The notes under the pieces are model-generated. The model saw nothing but the letters and a program-made list of their open reading frames with translations. It did not search any database and was not told the DNA's origin. 27,234 nt of DNA from IMG/VR virus record IMGVR_UViG_3300021560_000911, positions 1 through 27,234 of that record; one strand, given 5' to 3'. The position numbers and the translations under genes are program-made. This document shows, piece by piece, positions 8,107-17,700 of this stretch (its first letter is position 1; every line of letters starts with the position of its first letter). Source of the stretch: a virus. Taxonomy: Duplodnaviria > Caudoviricetes.

Positions 8107-10163
8107 CAGACTTCCACCGTATCGTAGAGTGCCAGGGGCTGATCGTACCCGTACTGTGTCGGATCGAGAGGACCGTCCGGTTTGGTGACGTCGTACAGGA
8201 AGTCGAGCGGGCTGCGGCCCTTGATGAACTCCAGCAGCGTGAAGTCAAGCGTCGTCTCGGGTACGAGGTCGGGCTGACGCAGCATCTGCGTCTGCTGCAT
8301 CTTGAGGATGCGCACGAGGAACTGATCGTTCCACGGGTCCGAGTACGTCACGGGGAAGCCCGCGCGGCGCGCGTTCCACAAGCTGCCGATGAGCGTGTAC
8401 GGGTTCTGCAGGTTGTCGGCCAGTGTCTGATATGAAGCTGTGGGCACCGTGCACTGGATCACGAACAGCCGATACACCTTGGTGTTCAGGCTCATGCGGA
8501 TCGACACGCCGTACAGGTCGGGGCTTTCGGAGCCGTCGGTGGAGTGGAACCAGATGCGGATGCTCAGGCGGCGGAAGCTGACTCCCGAGGGGAACAGCAA
8601 CTCGCCTTCGGGCAGCGGCGTGTTGACCGTACCGATGCTGACCCAGTTGCCGCCATCGTACGCCGCCCATACTTCGAACCAGCGCTGGTTAGGCGACATC
8701 CGCTCGCCCGTGACGCGGATCGAGAACGGGATCTTCATCTCATCGGGGAAGCCCAGATCGGTATCGGGCAGGTCGAGGTAGCCGATGGTGTTGTGGCGGC
8801 AGGCCGAGTCGTCGTGGTCGCTATCGCCGTCGAGCGGCAACGTGATAGTCAGCACCGAGTTGCCGTAGCCGACCAGCAGCACGGGATTGCCTGGGTTGGC
8901 GGGCACGTTGGTCGAGATCGCCAGCGCGCTGCACGCGCCGACTCCGAGGTCCAGCCAGGTGTGGGACGCGCCCGTGGCCGCGTCGCGGCGGTAGATCCAC
9001 GTGTGTCCATCCGCCTGGCGCTGCACGGCGAAGTACAGCCACCTCGAGGATCCCTGGATGGCAGTGATCTTGCCGCGCGCGTTGGGAGGCCGCAGCCACG
9101 GCTGCGACCAGGGGCTGATGTTGTACGAGTCGCCCGCGGTGATGGTGGACGGGGCGTACAGCCACAGCCCATGACCCCTGGGGAAAACGAGGACGGTGGG
9201 TCCGCGCTGTGCGTCCGCGCCCGAGGAAAGATACCAGCGCAGCGGCTGGCAGTTGCCGTCGTACAGCCCGTCGAAGGGCACCAGCGTGCGGTACAGCCCG
9301 TTCTGATCGATCTCGCCAAGCTCAGTCAGCTTGCCGACGTACACCAGCGCGATGCCGCCGCCAGGTGCCAGCGAGACGATAGGACCCGTGCCCGTCGCGG
9401 TCGGCGTGGCGTAGTTGTTGCCTGGCGCGAGGCTGGCGAGCACCAGCGTCGGGTCCTGCGCGTTGCCGCCCGCGACGTACGAGGTGGCGTGGTCGCTGGT
9501 CGCGGCGTAGATGTAGATCGGACCCACATCGGGTCCCGAGGTCGCGCTCGAGTTGCCCGTGACGTCGTGCAAGGTGGACAGGTCCGAGGTCCACTGCGCG
9601 GTGTGCGCGCCGCCGTAGCCGATGATCAGCACGCCGCGGAAGACCGAGATGGCGTTTTGCAGCGGCGAGGCGGGCAAGCTGATCGCCAGCGTCCACGCGC
9701 CCGAGGTGGCGCGCGTCCAGATGCCGTTGGGGCCGATGCCTACCGTGACCAGCCCCGCGACGCCCGTGAGCATCACGTCGGCGATGTACACCAGCGTGGT
9801 GGCGACGCCTGACACGGCCTGCTGTAGCATCTCGGGGCTCAGGGTCGCGGGCATCTCCACGCACGAGACGTTGGACGTTTCCTTGTAGTAGGTAGTGACC
9901 GTCGACGGGTCCAGCACGTCGCTGTAGCGCTGCAGCCCTGCGCCACTGATCAGCGTGCTGGACGCCTGAGCACTTTCGAAGGGGTTGAAGTCGGCGTACT
10001 TCAGGTCGCCCTGGGTGACCTTCTCGCCGAAGCGATCGGCCTCCTGCACCACGTACTTGCCAGGCACAAGCTGCATCGGCAGCGCGTTGAGAATGACCTC
10101 CTCTTGCTGCCCAGGCTGGACGTTGGGCCAGGCATACGCGACCCCGTTGCCGCCCATCACCAT
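8106..10163 (-). CDS. Tail nozzle / tail tubular protein B-like structural protein
   Basis: 685 aa, beta-rich propeller-like sequence, located between a putative adaptor and the tail fibre. TGATG coupling to the fibre gene. Assigned from synteny and size. Confidence 0.6.
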   Translation of the reverse strand: MVMGGNGVAYAWPNVQPGQQEEVILNALPMQLVPGKYVVQEADRFGEKVTQGDLKYADFNPFESAQASSTLISGAGLQRYSDVLDPSTVTTYYKETSNVSCVEMPATLSPEMLQQAVSGVATTLVYIADVMLTGVAGLVTVGIGPNGIWTRATSGAWTLAISLPASPLQNAISVFRGVLIIGYGGAHTAQWTSDLSTLHDVTGNSSATSGPDVGPIYIYAATSDHATSYVAGGNAQDPTLVLASLAPGNNYATPTATGTGPIVSLAPGGGIALVYVGKLTELGEIDQNGLYRTLVPFDGLYDGNCQPLRWYLSSGADAQRGPTVLVFPRGHGLWLYAPSTITAGDSYNISPWSQPWLRPPNARGKITAIQGSSRWLYFAVQRQADGHTWIYRRDAATGASHTWLDLGVGACSALAISTNVPANPGNPVLLVGYGNSVLTITLPLDGDSDHDDSACRHNTIGYLDLPDTDLGFPDEMKIPFSIRVTGERMSPNQRWFEVWAAYDGGNWVSIGTVNTPLPEGELLFPSGVSFRRLSIRIWFHSTDGSESPDLYGVSIRMSLNTKVYRLFVIQCTVPTASYQTLADNLQNPYTLIGSLWNARRAGFPVTYSDPWNDQFLVRILKMQQTQMLRQPDLVPETTLDFTLLEFIKGRSPLDFLYDVTKPDGPLDPTQYGYDQPLALYDTVEV

Positions 10164-10166
10164 GGG

Positions 10167-11123
10167 TTAGCCGCCCCTGATGAAGCTGGAAGACTTGAAC
10201 GCGCCGAGGTAGCGCCAGTCCTCGGGGCTGGGGAAGGCCATCGCGTCGCCGTGACCAGGCGTGACGATGCGCCCAGGCCGATGCGAGGGGCTGTTCTGCA
10301 GAATCTCGTTCTTCTGCTGCTCCAGGCGGTCCATGGCCTGCTGCCTGGTCTTCTCGGCCTCCGCGGTAGGCTGCTTGTTGGTCAGCCACCAGTTCAGCCT
10401 GAACTCGGCGAAGTCGTAGATCCAGTCCAGCGCGGCGCGCTCCCACTTGCCCGCGACGGGCAGCACGTCGGCGTCCTGCACCAGATCGGGGTAGTAGCCT
10501 TCACCGAAGATACGCAGTTTGCGGTCGGGCGGCGGCAGGATGCCGAACTCGATCAGCCACGTCTCGTTGCCGCTCAGATCCACATAGCGCCTGGGTCGCC
10601 AGTTGAGGTACTCGGCGTCGGCGTACGGGTAGCCAAGCTGCGTCTCGTTCAGGTTGATCTGGATCTCCAGGCGGTAGATGCTGGCCCAGTTCTGCGCCGC
10701 GGGCGGGTAGTACTTCCACGTGTTGGCCGCGGTGACGACCGACTCGTCCATCCAGTCGCGGTACCATGTCAATCCCAGTTGACCCACGGCGCTGTTGATC
10801 GCCTCAACCAGCCGCGCGCGCGGGTAGCGCATGTGGATCTCGTACTCCCCGCCCGTGATCGGCGCGGGGAAGCCTGGCGCGTACAGCGTCAGGGTGCCGT
10901 CGGTAGTCCAGTTCTGCGCGCGGCGCTCCAGGCCCTGGTTCTGCGCGTTGGCGGGGCTGGCCGCGTACACCCAGCCGTTGAACTGCTGAATGGCCTGCGG
11001 GAAGAACTGCAGCAGGTCCTGGCAGAACAGCGTGTTGTTGCCGCCCGCGGTCGGGTCGCACACGACCAGTTCGTTGAGGCGGAAGCCTAGCTCGCGGATG
11101 AGTTGGAGGGCGGTTTTCGCCAC
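10167..11123 (-). CDS. Head-tail adaptor / tail tubular protein A-like protein
   Basis: 318 aa with an N-terminal helix (TALQLIRELGFRL), LVEAINSAV and a C-terminal helical pair, resembling podovirus adaptors. Supported by synteny. Confidence 0.6.
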   Translation of the reverse strand: MAKTALQLIRELGFRLNELVVCDPTAGGNNTLFCQDLLQFFPQAIQQFNGWVYAASPANAQNQGLERRAQNWTTDGTLTLYAPGFPAPITGGEYEIHMRYPRARLVEAINSAVGQLGLTWYRDWMDESVVTAANTWKYYPPAAQNWASIYRLEIQINLNETQLGYPYADAEYLNWRPRRYVDLSGNETWLIEFGILPPPDRKLRIFGEGYYPDLVQDADVLPVAGKWERAALDWIYDFAEFRLNWWLTNKQPTAEAEKTRQQAMDRLEQQKNEILQNSPSHRPGRIVTPGHGDAMAFPSPEDWRYLGAFKSSSFIRGG

Positions 11124-11482
11124 TTGGGTTTGTCCTTGATCGCCTCGTCCAGCAGGTCGACGTGCTCGAGCGGCGGGGGCTCCTGTTCCTTGATTGAAAA
11201 CTCGGTCTCGCTGGTGTGCTCCACGGCGTAGTTGACGGGCCAGTGCACGTCGGCGTTGATGACGCGCGTGTGCGAGAGCACCTCGTCCATCCAGCCCATG
11301 GCGTACGCGGTGACCATTACCTTCACGTCGTCGCGCGCGAACAGGTACGGCAGGTCGTTGGTGTCGTTGATCGCCGCCATGCCCTGTCGGAACTGGACGC
11401 TGCGGCCCGCCTGCGTCGGCACGGTGACCGATCGCGCGGGGACCATGATCGCGCTAGCGAGGGGGCGGGGGGTTACGGGCAT
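11087..11482 (-). CDS. Hypothetical protein (131 aa)
   Basis: Coherent ORF (MPVTPRPLAS...) in the operon direction. ATG at 11482 is preferred over the 11560 start because it reduces overlap. Confidence 0.65.
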   Translation of the reverse strand: MPVTPRPLASAIMVPARSVTVPTQAGRSVQFRQGMAAINDTNDLPYLFARDDVKVMVTAYAMGWMDEVLSHTRVINADVHWPVNYAVEHTSETEFSIKEQEPPPLEHVDLLDEAIKDKPKWRKPPSNSSAS

Positions 11483-11618
11483 AGCTGGGCACCTGGGGAC
11501 GCAGAATGCGCGAGCCGCGCGGGTCGCGATAGGCCCTGAGCGCGTCGTTGCAGTCCACATTGGGGTCGTGCGGAATGCACGGCCACACGGTGTGGTCGAC
11601 GTTTTCGTCCAGGGTCAT
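11454..11618 (-). CDS. Small hypothetical protein (54 aa)
   Basis: ATG at 11618 (or GTG at 11621) after GAGGG. Fills the gap between neighbouring genes. Confidence 0.5.
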   Translation of the reverse strand: MTLDENVDHTVWPCIPHDPNVDCNDALRAYRDPRGSRILRPQVPSYARNPPPPR

Positions 11619-11640
11619 CACGCCGCCCTCGGCAGTGCGC

Positions 11641-11973
11641 TTATGCGTGGCCGAAGATCCTTTCGTACTGATCGCGGTAGGCATCGCTGGGCAGGAAGTA
11701 GCTGCGCCCCGCTTCGGCGGCAGCCGTCAGCCCCACAGGTTGTCTGCCTTGCTGGTTATACCGCTCGACACCTGTAGTATTGGTGCGCGTCCAGAGGGCT
11801 CCGCAGCCGCCTTTGCGGCGGTCTGCGGAATAGATGCTCCACTCGTGGGCGGACTCGCGCTGGCCTTCGTGCTCGTGGCCCGCTCCGCCGTCACCCTCGT
11901 TGCGCGCGACGTAGTCCACTTCCAGGCACCCGTCGTTGGGGCACCTGTCGTAGAAGTCTCCGTCCTTGCTCAC
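11641..11973 (-). CDS. Hypothetical protein with Cys/His motifs (110 aa)
   Basis: GTG start overlaps the capsid stop (GTGA), with GAGGTGG upstream. Contains CPNDGC, HEH and GGCG, possibly metal-binding. Confidence 0.7.
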   Translation of the reverse strand: MSKDGDFYDRCPNDGCLEVDYVARNEGDGGAGHEHEGQRESAHEWSIYSADRRKGGCGALWTRTNTTGVERYNQQGRQPVGLTAAAEAGRSYFLPSDAYRDQYERIFGHA

Positions 11974-13190
11974 GACTGGCTGGAACCCACCTCGCCGCGG
12001 AACAGCCACGCGTTGCGCGTACGCGCGTAGCCCGCGATCAGGTACCAGCCGAAGGTCAGGAAGCGGCCCAGGCGGTCAAACGGACCAGTGACTACCGTCT
12101 CACCGTATGGGCCAGTCCAACTGGACGCCGCCTTGGTCACCGAGTTGGGACCAAACATCGGCACGGGGTAGACCGAGTTGTTGTTGTTGACCGCCACGCC
12201 CGAAGCGTGCGGCCAGCGGAAACCGCCCGCGTCGCCAGGACCTGGGTCGAGCACGAAGCCCGTGATGACGTTGCCCGCGATGCCCGTGACGCGGAACAAC
12301 TCGTTGGTGTCGGTCCACACGTTGCCAGGCTCGGTGGTGTCGACGATGGCCAGCCACTGGCCGATGGCGATGTTGGTCGCCGCGGTGACGGTGATCGTCG
12401 TGTCGCCAGGGTTGATAGCCGCCGAGGTGGTCGTCGCTACCGCGGAGGTGGCTGCCGCGCCCGCGCCCCAGAAGCCCTTGGCGTTGGCCGAGACGATCAG
12501 GCGATTGCCGCCCCAGTAGGCGATCTCGCCGTTGAACAGGATCTCGGGGTGGCTGTACTGCGACATGGTGCGCAGACCGCCGTTGGTCTGATCCTGCATC
12601 AGGTCGTACAGCACGAACGGGTGCACTTCGGAGGCGATGGCCCCGTCCTCGTACAGCGGCATTTTGATCGAGCGCGCGATCATCGCCATCATCTCGAGGA
12701 AGCGGATGGTCATCTGATCCTGATTGGCGGTCTGGCCCGCGAACTGGTTGCGCGCGGTGTGGTTGTTCTGGAACCACACGCGGGAGCCCTGTCCAAAGAC
12801 GGCCCGCGCAATGTAGTCGATCGACTCCGCCAGGTTGTAGCCGTTGACGTAGGCGGCTTGCTTGTACACGTCCGCGTACGCCGTGGCCACCAGAAACTTG
12901 GTGACTTCAATCGCGCCGCCAAACTCGGACAGCGTGACGACCACCTCAGAGCCGCGCATCTGATTCGGCGCGACGTCGATGAGCTCGTCGAGCACGGTGA
13001 AGTTCGGCGGCATGGATTCGATGATCGGGAAGTTCTGGCTGATGCCGCGCTGCCCGTTCATGATCGGACCCTTCAGGTCCGCAAACTGGTCCCAGTAGAC
13101 CATCGACTGCCCCTGGAGGTAGAAGTCAGCGTCATACATCGCCTTGACTTCGGGGGCGAGTGCGACGGTACCCGTCGTGCCCTGTGGCAT
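11970..13190 (-). CDS. Major capsid protein (HK97 fold, N4-gp56-like) with inserted beta domain
   Basis: 406 aa directly after the scaffold, with AGGAG RBS. Features VVVTLSEFGGAIEVT, GYNLAESID, VHPFVLYDL, ILFNGEIAYWGG and GPFDRLGRFLTFGWY resemble the N4-gp56 capsid family. Confidence 0.88.
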   Translation of the reverse strand: MPQGTTGTVALAPEVKAMYDADFYLQGQSMVYWDQFADLKGPIMNGQRGISQNFPIIESMPPNFTVLDELIDVAPNQMRGSEVVVTLSEFGGAIEVTKFLVATAYADVYKQAAYVNGYNLAESIDYIARAVFGQGSRVWFQNNHTARNQFAGQTANQDQMTIRFLEMMAMIARSIKMPLYEDGAIASEVHPFVLYDLMQDQTNGGLRTMSQYSHPEILFNGEIAYWGGNRLIVSANAKGFWGAGAAATSAVATTTSAAINPGDTTITVTAATNIAIGQWLAIVDTTEPGNVWTDTNELFRVTGIAGNVITGFVLDPGPGDAGGFRWPHASGVAVNNNNSVYPVPMFGPNSVTKAASSWTGPYGETVVTGPFDRLGRFLTFGWYLIAGYARTRNAWLFRGEVGSSQS

Positions 13191-13311
13191 TAGCGTCTCC
13201 TAGATGAAGTCTTCGACGGTTTCGCCTTCGGCTTGAGCTTCGGCTTTTTCCGTCCGCCGTATAGAGGCTTCACCTGAGCGCCGAGTGCTTGTGTGCCAGT
13301 CGTTCCTGAAG

Positions 13312-14187
13312 TCAACCCATGCGCTCGCGCATCTCCCTGAGCTTCTGCACCTGCGCCTTGGGGCCCTTGGCCGACGAGTAGCTGTTGACCGCGCTTTTCA
13401 CGTCGTCCTCGGTGGGCTTGTGGGCACGCGCCGCGGCAGGTCGTGGTCCGTTGGGGGATGAGACACCCAACTGCTCTTCGACCTCGCGTCGAATGCGGGC
13501 TTGCATCTGCTGGGGGGTTTCAGTGGCGGGGGGTTTCTTCGGCATGGCTTCTCCGTTTCCTCTGGCGGCGCGTTTCATGACAGCCTTGTAAAAGGCTTCC
13601 TCGCTCTCCCAGTCTCCGTCGGCGAGTTGGGACACGTCCACCTTGACGCCAAACTCGGCCTCGGCCTCGTTGACGATAGCGATGGCGCGGTCCTTCATGT
13701 ACTGCAGCGTGGCATCGTCGCTGGACGTTTGCTGCTGCGGTTGAGGCTGTTGTGGGGCAGGCGCGGATTGCACTGGTCGTGACGGCGTCGCGGCAGTCTG
13801 CAACTGCTTGACCTGCTCGTTCAGGATCTGGATCTTGCGGTCCAGACGCTCCTCGGGCGGAAGGGTTGCGAGGTAGTTATCGAGTTCCTGTTGCTGGCGC
13901 GCCTGGTCGGCACGCTGCTGCTCGCCAAGATGTGCGGTCAGAAGCTGGACCTGCGACTGGAGTTCCTGCACGGTGCTGGTCAGCACGCTGGCCTGGTTCT
14001 GCGCCAGAGCCGCGGCACGCCGCGCCTCGGCGGTTTCCCGCCCCTGCTGGGTCAGTCTCCGCTGGAGTTCTCGCTCGCGCTCGTTCTCGTCCTGCTCTGG
14101 GGCCGCTTGCTCGTTGCCATCGGACTCGGGCGATGGGGGAGCTTCGTCTTCAGCGGTTGCAGACGGGTCGAGATCCTGGGTGGTCAT
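13312..14187 (-). CDS. Capsid scaffolding protein
   Basis: Acidic disordered N-terminus, long Q/E/R coiled coils and basic helical C-terminus. Immediately upstream of the capsid gene. Confidence 0.75.
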   Translation of the reverse strand: MTTQDLDPSATAEDEAPPSPESDGNEQAAPEQDENERERELQRRLTQQGRETAEARRAAALAQNQASVLTSTVQELQSQVQLLTAHLGEQQRADQARQQQELDNYLATLPPEERLDRKIQILNEQVKQLQTAATPSRPVQSAPAPQQPQPQQQTSSDDATLQYMKDRAIAIVNEAEAEFGVKVDVSQLADGDWESEEAFYKAVMKRAARGNGEAMPKKPPATETPQQMQARIRREVEEQLGVSSPNGPRPAAARAHKPTEDDVKSAVNSYSSAKGPKAQVQKLREMRERMG

Positions 14188-14190
14188 CTC

Positions 14191-14379
14191 TTATCCGTTG
14201 TGCGTTCCTTGTGCTGCGTCTGGGCCTGAGTAGCCCACATGGTTGGTCAGGCCAACCTTGGTGCCGATCATCGACTTCGGAACGGGGCCACGTGCGTAGC
14301 CGTCCTTCTTGAAGTCGGCGTTGGTCCCTGTGGATTTGCCAGAGACCTTCTGGTGCTTGCTGTTGATGGACTGGGCCAT
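14191..14379 (-). CDS. Small basic protein (62 aa)
   Basis: GGAG RBS upstream of the ATG. Lys/Gly-rich. Stop lies 3 nt before the scaffold start. Confidence 0.75.
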   Translation of the reverse strand: MAQSINSKHQKVSGKSTGTNADFKKDGYARGPVPKSMIGTKVGLTNHVGYSGPDAAQGTHNG

Positions 14380-14400
14380 GGTGTCTCCACAGTGGGGTAG

Positions 14401-14482
14401 CCAGGGGGGTCAGAGATGTGCTCCGTTCCTGTCTCGCAGACTTGGGCAGTGAGAGAAAGCAGGATGTAGTTGACCCCCCTGG
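14401..14482. repeat. Intergenic 12-bp perfect inverted repeat closing a long stem-loop
   Basis: CCAGGGGGGTCA (14401-14412) pairs with TGACCCCCCTGG (14471-14482). Inner TCCTG/CAGGA and TCTC/GAGA pairings. Confidence 0.85.
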
Positions 14483-14490
14483 GGGTTTTG

Positions 14491-14529
14491 TCAGTGCTTG
14501 CGACCGCCCCGACGACGACGTGCGTACAT
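14491..14529 (-). CDS. Arginine-rich micro-peptide MYARRRRGGRKH (12 aa)
   Basis: AAGGAG RBS about 7 nt upstream and TAATG stop-start overlap with the 80-aa gene. Below the ORF-track length cutoff. Confidence 0.6.
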   Translation of the reverse strand: MYARRRRGGRKH

Positions 14530-14771
14530 TAGGTTTCTCCTTTCCCGCCGCTGCGTTTTGTGCGGGACACCGACACAGGCGGCGATTTCTGATTCTCGAC
14601 GCGCTCGGGGTGCAGGTCTTTGCCTTCAGCCCCGTACGGACGATCATGCTCCTTCTTGACATACGGGCGGTGCATCTGGCCGATCGGCACAGGTCCGCCC
14701 AGGACTTCCATCTTGCCGACGTACTTCATTGCCGGTTGGCGGAATGCGTCTGTGCTGGTCTTCTTAGCCAT
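14529..14771 (-). CDS. Small basic protein (80 aa)
   Basis: ATG 10 nt after the giant gene stop, preceded by AGGGA. Lys/Arg/Pro-rich. Confidence 0.75.
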   Translation of the reverse strand: MAKKTSTDAFRQPAMKYVGKMEVLGGPVPIGQMHRPYVKKEHDRPYGAEGKDLHPERVENQKSPPVSVSRTKRSGGKGET

Positions 14772-14781
14772 GCAATTGTCC

Positions 14782-17700
14782 CTACTGTACTCCTTGTGGA
14801 GCGGTTGTGGAATCGGGGGGCAGGTCGCTCGGATTATCCGCGGGGAAGTCCCGCCCCGCGGTCTTGACGTGAAAGTGCTTCAGGTAGCCGTACGCGCCCC
14901 ACAGGTTCATCTGGGTGGGCTTGCCCTGGATCTGGAGGGTGACCTTGGTGTTGGTGCGCTGGTCGAACGTGCTGGCCGTATAGCGCTCGATGATGCGGTC
15001 GCGGGTGAGCGTCTCCGCTTTGGGGTCGCTCGAGCGGAGATCGGTGTAGCCGACCACCTGGCCGTTGATGTACTGGTTCCACTGTTTCTCGGACATGTCG
15101 CGTCCCAGCCCGAACCAGCGCTCGTAGTCCTTATTGTTCTGGTCGTTGATGAGCGCCATCAGCCGCTTGTCGTCGCCCGCCTTCTTGGCCTGTACCAGCG
15201 GGTAGACCGCGGGGTCGTATTTCTTCTGGGCGTCGGACGCCTGCGCGAGTTGCTTGTCGTACGCCTTAGCGTCGTCGGGGCTGACGTAGTGCCCGTCGGG
15301 GAAGACGTACCTGGGATAGGTGTCCTGATCGCGCGAGTCGAAGAACGTCTGCAGCGCGTTGTTGTAGCTCTTCTGCAGCCCCGTGGACTGCGCCTGGTCG
15401 GGGTTGCTGAGGCGCAGGTTGATGCGCTGCAGCAGGCTCTTGGGGTCGACGCTGTACTGGCGCGCCAGGTCCTGCAGCTTCTGGCGCTGCGCGTCGGCCC
15501 GCGCGCTGGCGTCGGGGTTGCTCTGCGCCTTGTTAGCGGGGTCCAGCCCCGCGTCGAGGAAGTCGGTCGTGGCTTTGCCCAGATCGTCCTCGGTCATGTG
15601 CCCCAGCGTGGGCATCGCTTGGCTCAGGCCGTTGCTGTCGGTGTTCTGAGCGATCCACTTGAACGAATCCTCGAGCGCGTCGGGGTGCTCGCCTGTCTGC
15701 TGGCCGAGGTCCTTGAGCACCTGCGAGCGGGCGCGGGCGACCTGCTCGGGGCTGCTCGTGGCGTCGGTGTCCTGTGGATGCCAGTAGGCGTCGGCCAGGC
15801 TCTTGGTGTCGGTGGTGCTGAGCGTGTCCGCGGGACGCTTGGAGGCGCTGCCGCCTGGGTCGAAGACGTGCGTCCAGAAGTCGAGCAGTTTGCTCTGCAG
15901 GCCCTGGTCCTTGAGGTTCTGTAGGTAGTCGACGGTCAACTCGTGACGCAGCGTCAGGTCCTTGCGTCGGGTGGCCACGTCCTGCAGTTGCTTGTCGAGC
16001 GCGGCGTGCGTATCGGTGGTCGTCGGCGCGCGGTCGAAGACCTGCTGCCGCTCGGCGTCGTTGGCCTGCCTGTTCTTGGTGAAGGTCTGTTCGTACTGCT
16101 GCTGCGTCTTGACGTCGAAGCCCAGCGACTTCTTCTGCTCCTCCATCGCGTTCAGGTTGTCGCTGATCTCGTTGGTGACGTACAGCTTGGGCAGGCCCAT
16201 GCCCGCGACGATGGCAGCCATGGCGCGCATGCGGTCGGGGTGCTCGATGGGCACGTTGCTGGTGACGCTGCTGATGCCCGACGGCGCGTCCGAGGACAGC
16301 ACTGAGGCGACGTTGATCGCCGCTCTGGACCACGGGCTCTTGGGCTCCGCGCCTGGCGGGTCGTACAGCTTGCCCGTGTAGTCGGCCACGCCGCCGCCGA
16401 AGGCCGCGGTGCCCAGCGCGCCCAGCCCGCCTGGCACGAAGCCAACACGGTTGCGCGCGTCCTGCGCCAGCATCTCGCCGATCTGCGGCGGACTGTCGCC
16501 TTTGGCGGGATCGCCGCCGTACTGCTGCACCAGGCGCTGGCCCGAGGTGCCGCCTTCAAGCTGGCCCGCGTTGTAGGCAAGCTGGCGCGTACCCTCGCCG
16601 AGGGTCTGCATGATCCAGCGCAGCGGCGGCATGACCTCCTGATACGTGCGCGTGGCGCGGCCTGTCGCGGGATCCACAGCCCTCCATGACGGCTGGTTGA
16701 AGACGTCGGCCAGGTTGTCCTGCAGTCCCGTGGTCTCCAGATCGAACTCGTGGCCGCGTCCGTTGTCCCAGGTGAAGTGGCCGTTGAGCGCCAGGTTCAG
16801 GAGCTCGGTAGTGCCGTAGATCGTCGCCATGCCCTTGACCACCGTGTTGCGCGTGAAGTCGCCGCGCGGGCCAGGCGAAACGGCGTTCCACAGCGTCCTG
16901 ATCTCGCCTTCTTCGAAGTCGCTGGACACCAGCCCGAAGCGCATCAGATCCTGCGCCCACGGCGCGCGACCGATCTTGAGCATGTCCAGACCGCCGAGTG
17001 TCTCATTCACCAGATCAGCGGCCAGGCTGTGGTCGACGCTCGGGTTGCGAGTCAGGATGTCGAACATGCCCACCTTGGCCGCGGGCAGCGCCTGGGTGAA
17101 GATGGCGCTGTGCAGCAGGTCGGCCATTGACATCATCGCCGTGTGGGACACGTCCTGGCCAAACAGCTTCATGGTGCCCTTGAGCACCGCGCCCGCTCCA
17201 GGCGTGAACGGGATCTCGCCCAGCAGACCCGCCTTCCACGCCGCGTCCCACGCCTCCTGATCGCTCGCGCCCGTGCGCTTGGCGTTGAGATACGCCGCCG
17301 ACCCCGCGCCCGCGCCCGCCCAGCCCATGCGCTTGAGCGTGTCCTGCAGCGCGGGTCCGCCCGCCGCGCCCAGGTCGTCGGCCCAGTGGCCGAGGGTCAC
17401 CCCCGCACGAGCGGCGTTGAGCACCGCGCGCGGGTTGCCCATGAACAACTCGCGCGTGCCGCCTGGACGGAAGGTGGGCAGGATCCAGCCTTTCATCAAC
17501 TCGCCCACGCCATTGCCCAGCACGCCGTTGGCAGCCATGGCCGAGTGCGCGCGGGCGACGATGTTGAACATGTGCACGGGGCTGCCGCCGAAAGCGACCA
17601 TCTTGAACGGCGCGTTCAGGCCCCACAGCGCGTTGAAGAGCGGGTTGTCGCGCAGCGAGCCCGTCACGCCCGTGACGTTGTTCAGGTACGTCGCCAGGTC

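Noticed and set aside
13200-13316. Short protein-like frame ending EKAEAQAEGETVEDFI in the capsid leader
   Set aside because: No nearby start codon or RBS, and out of frame with the scaffold. The RNA-structure reading explains the region better.
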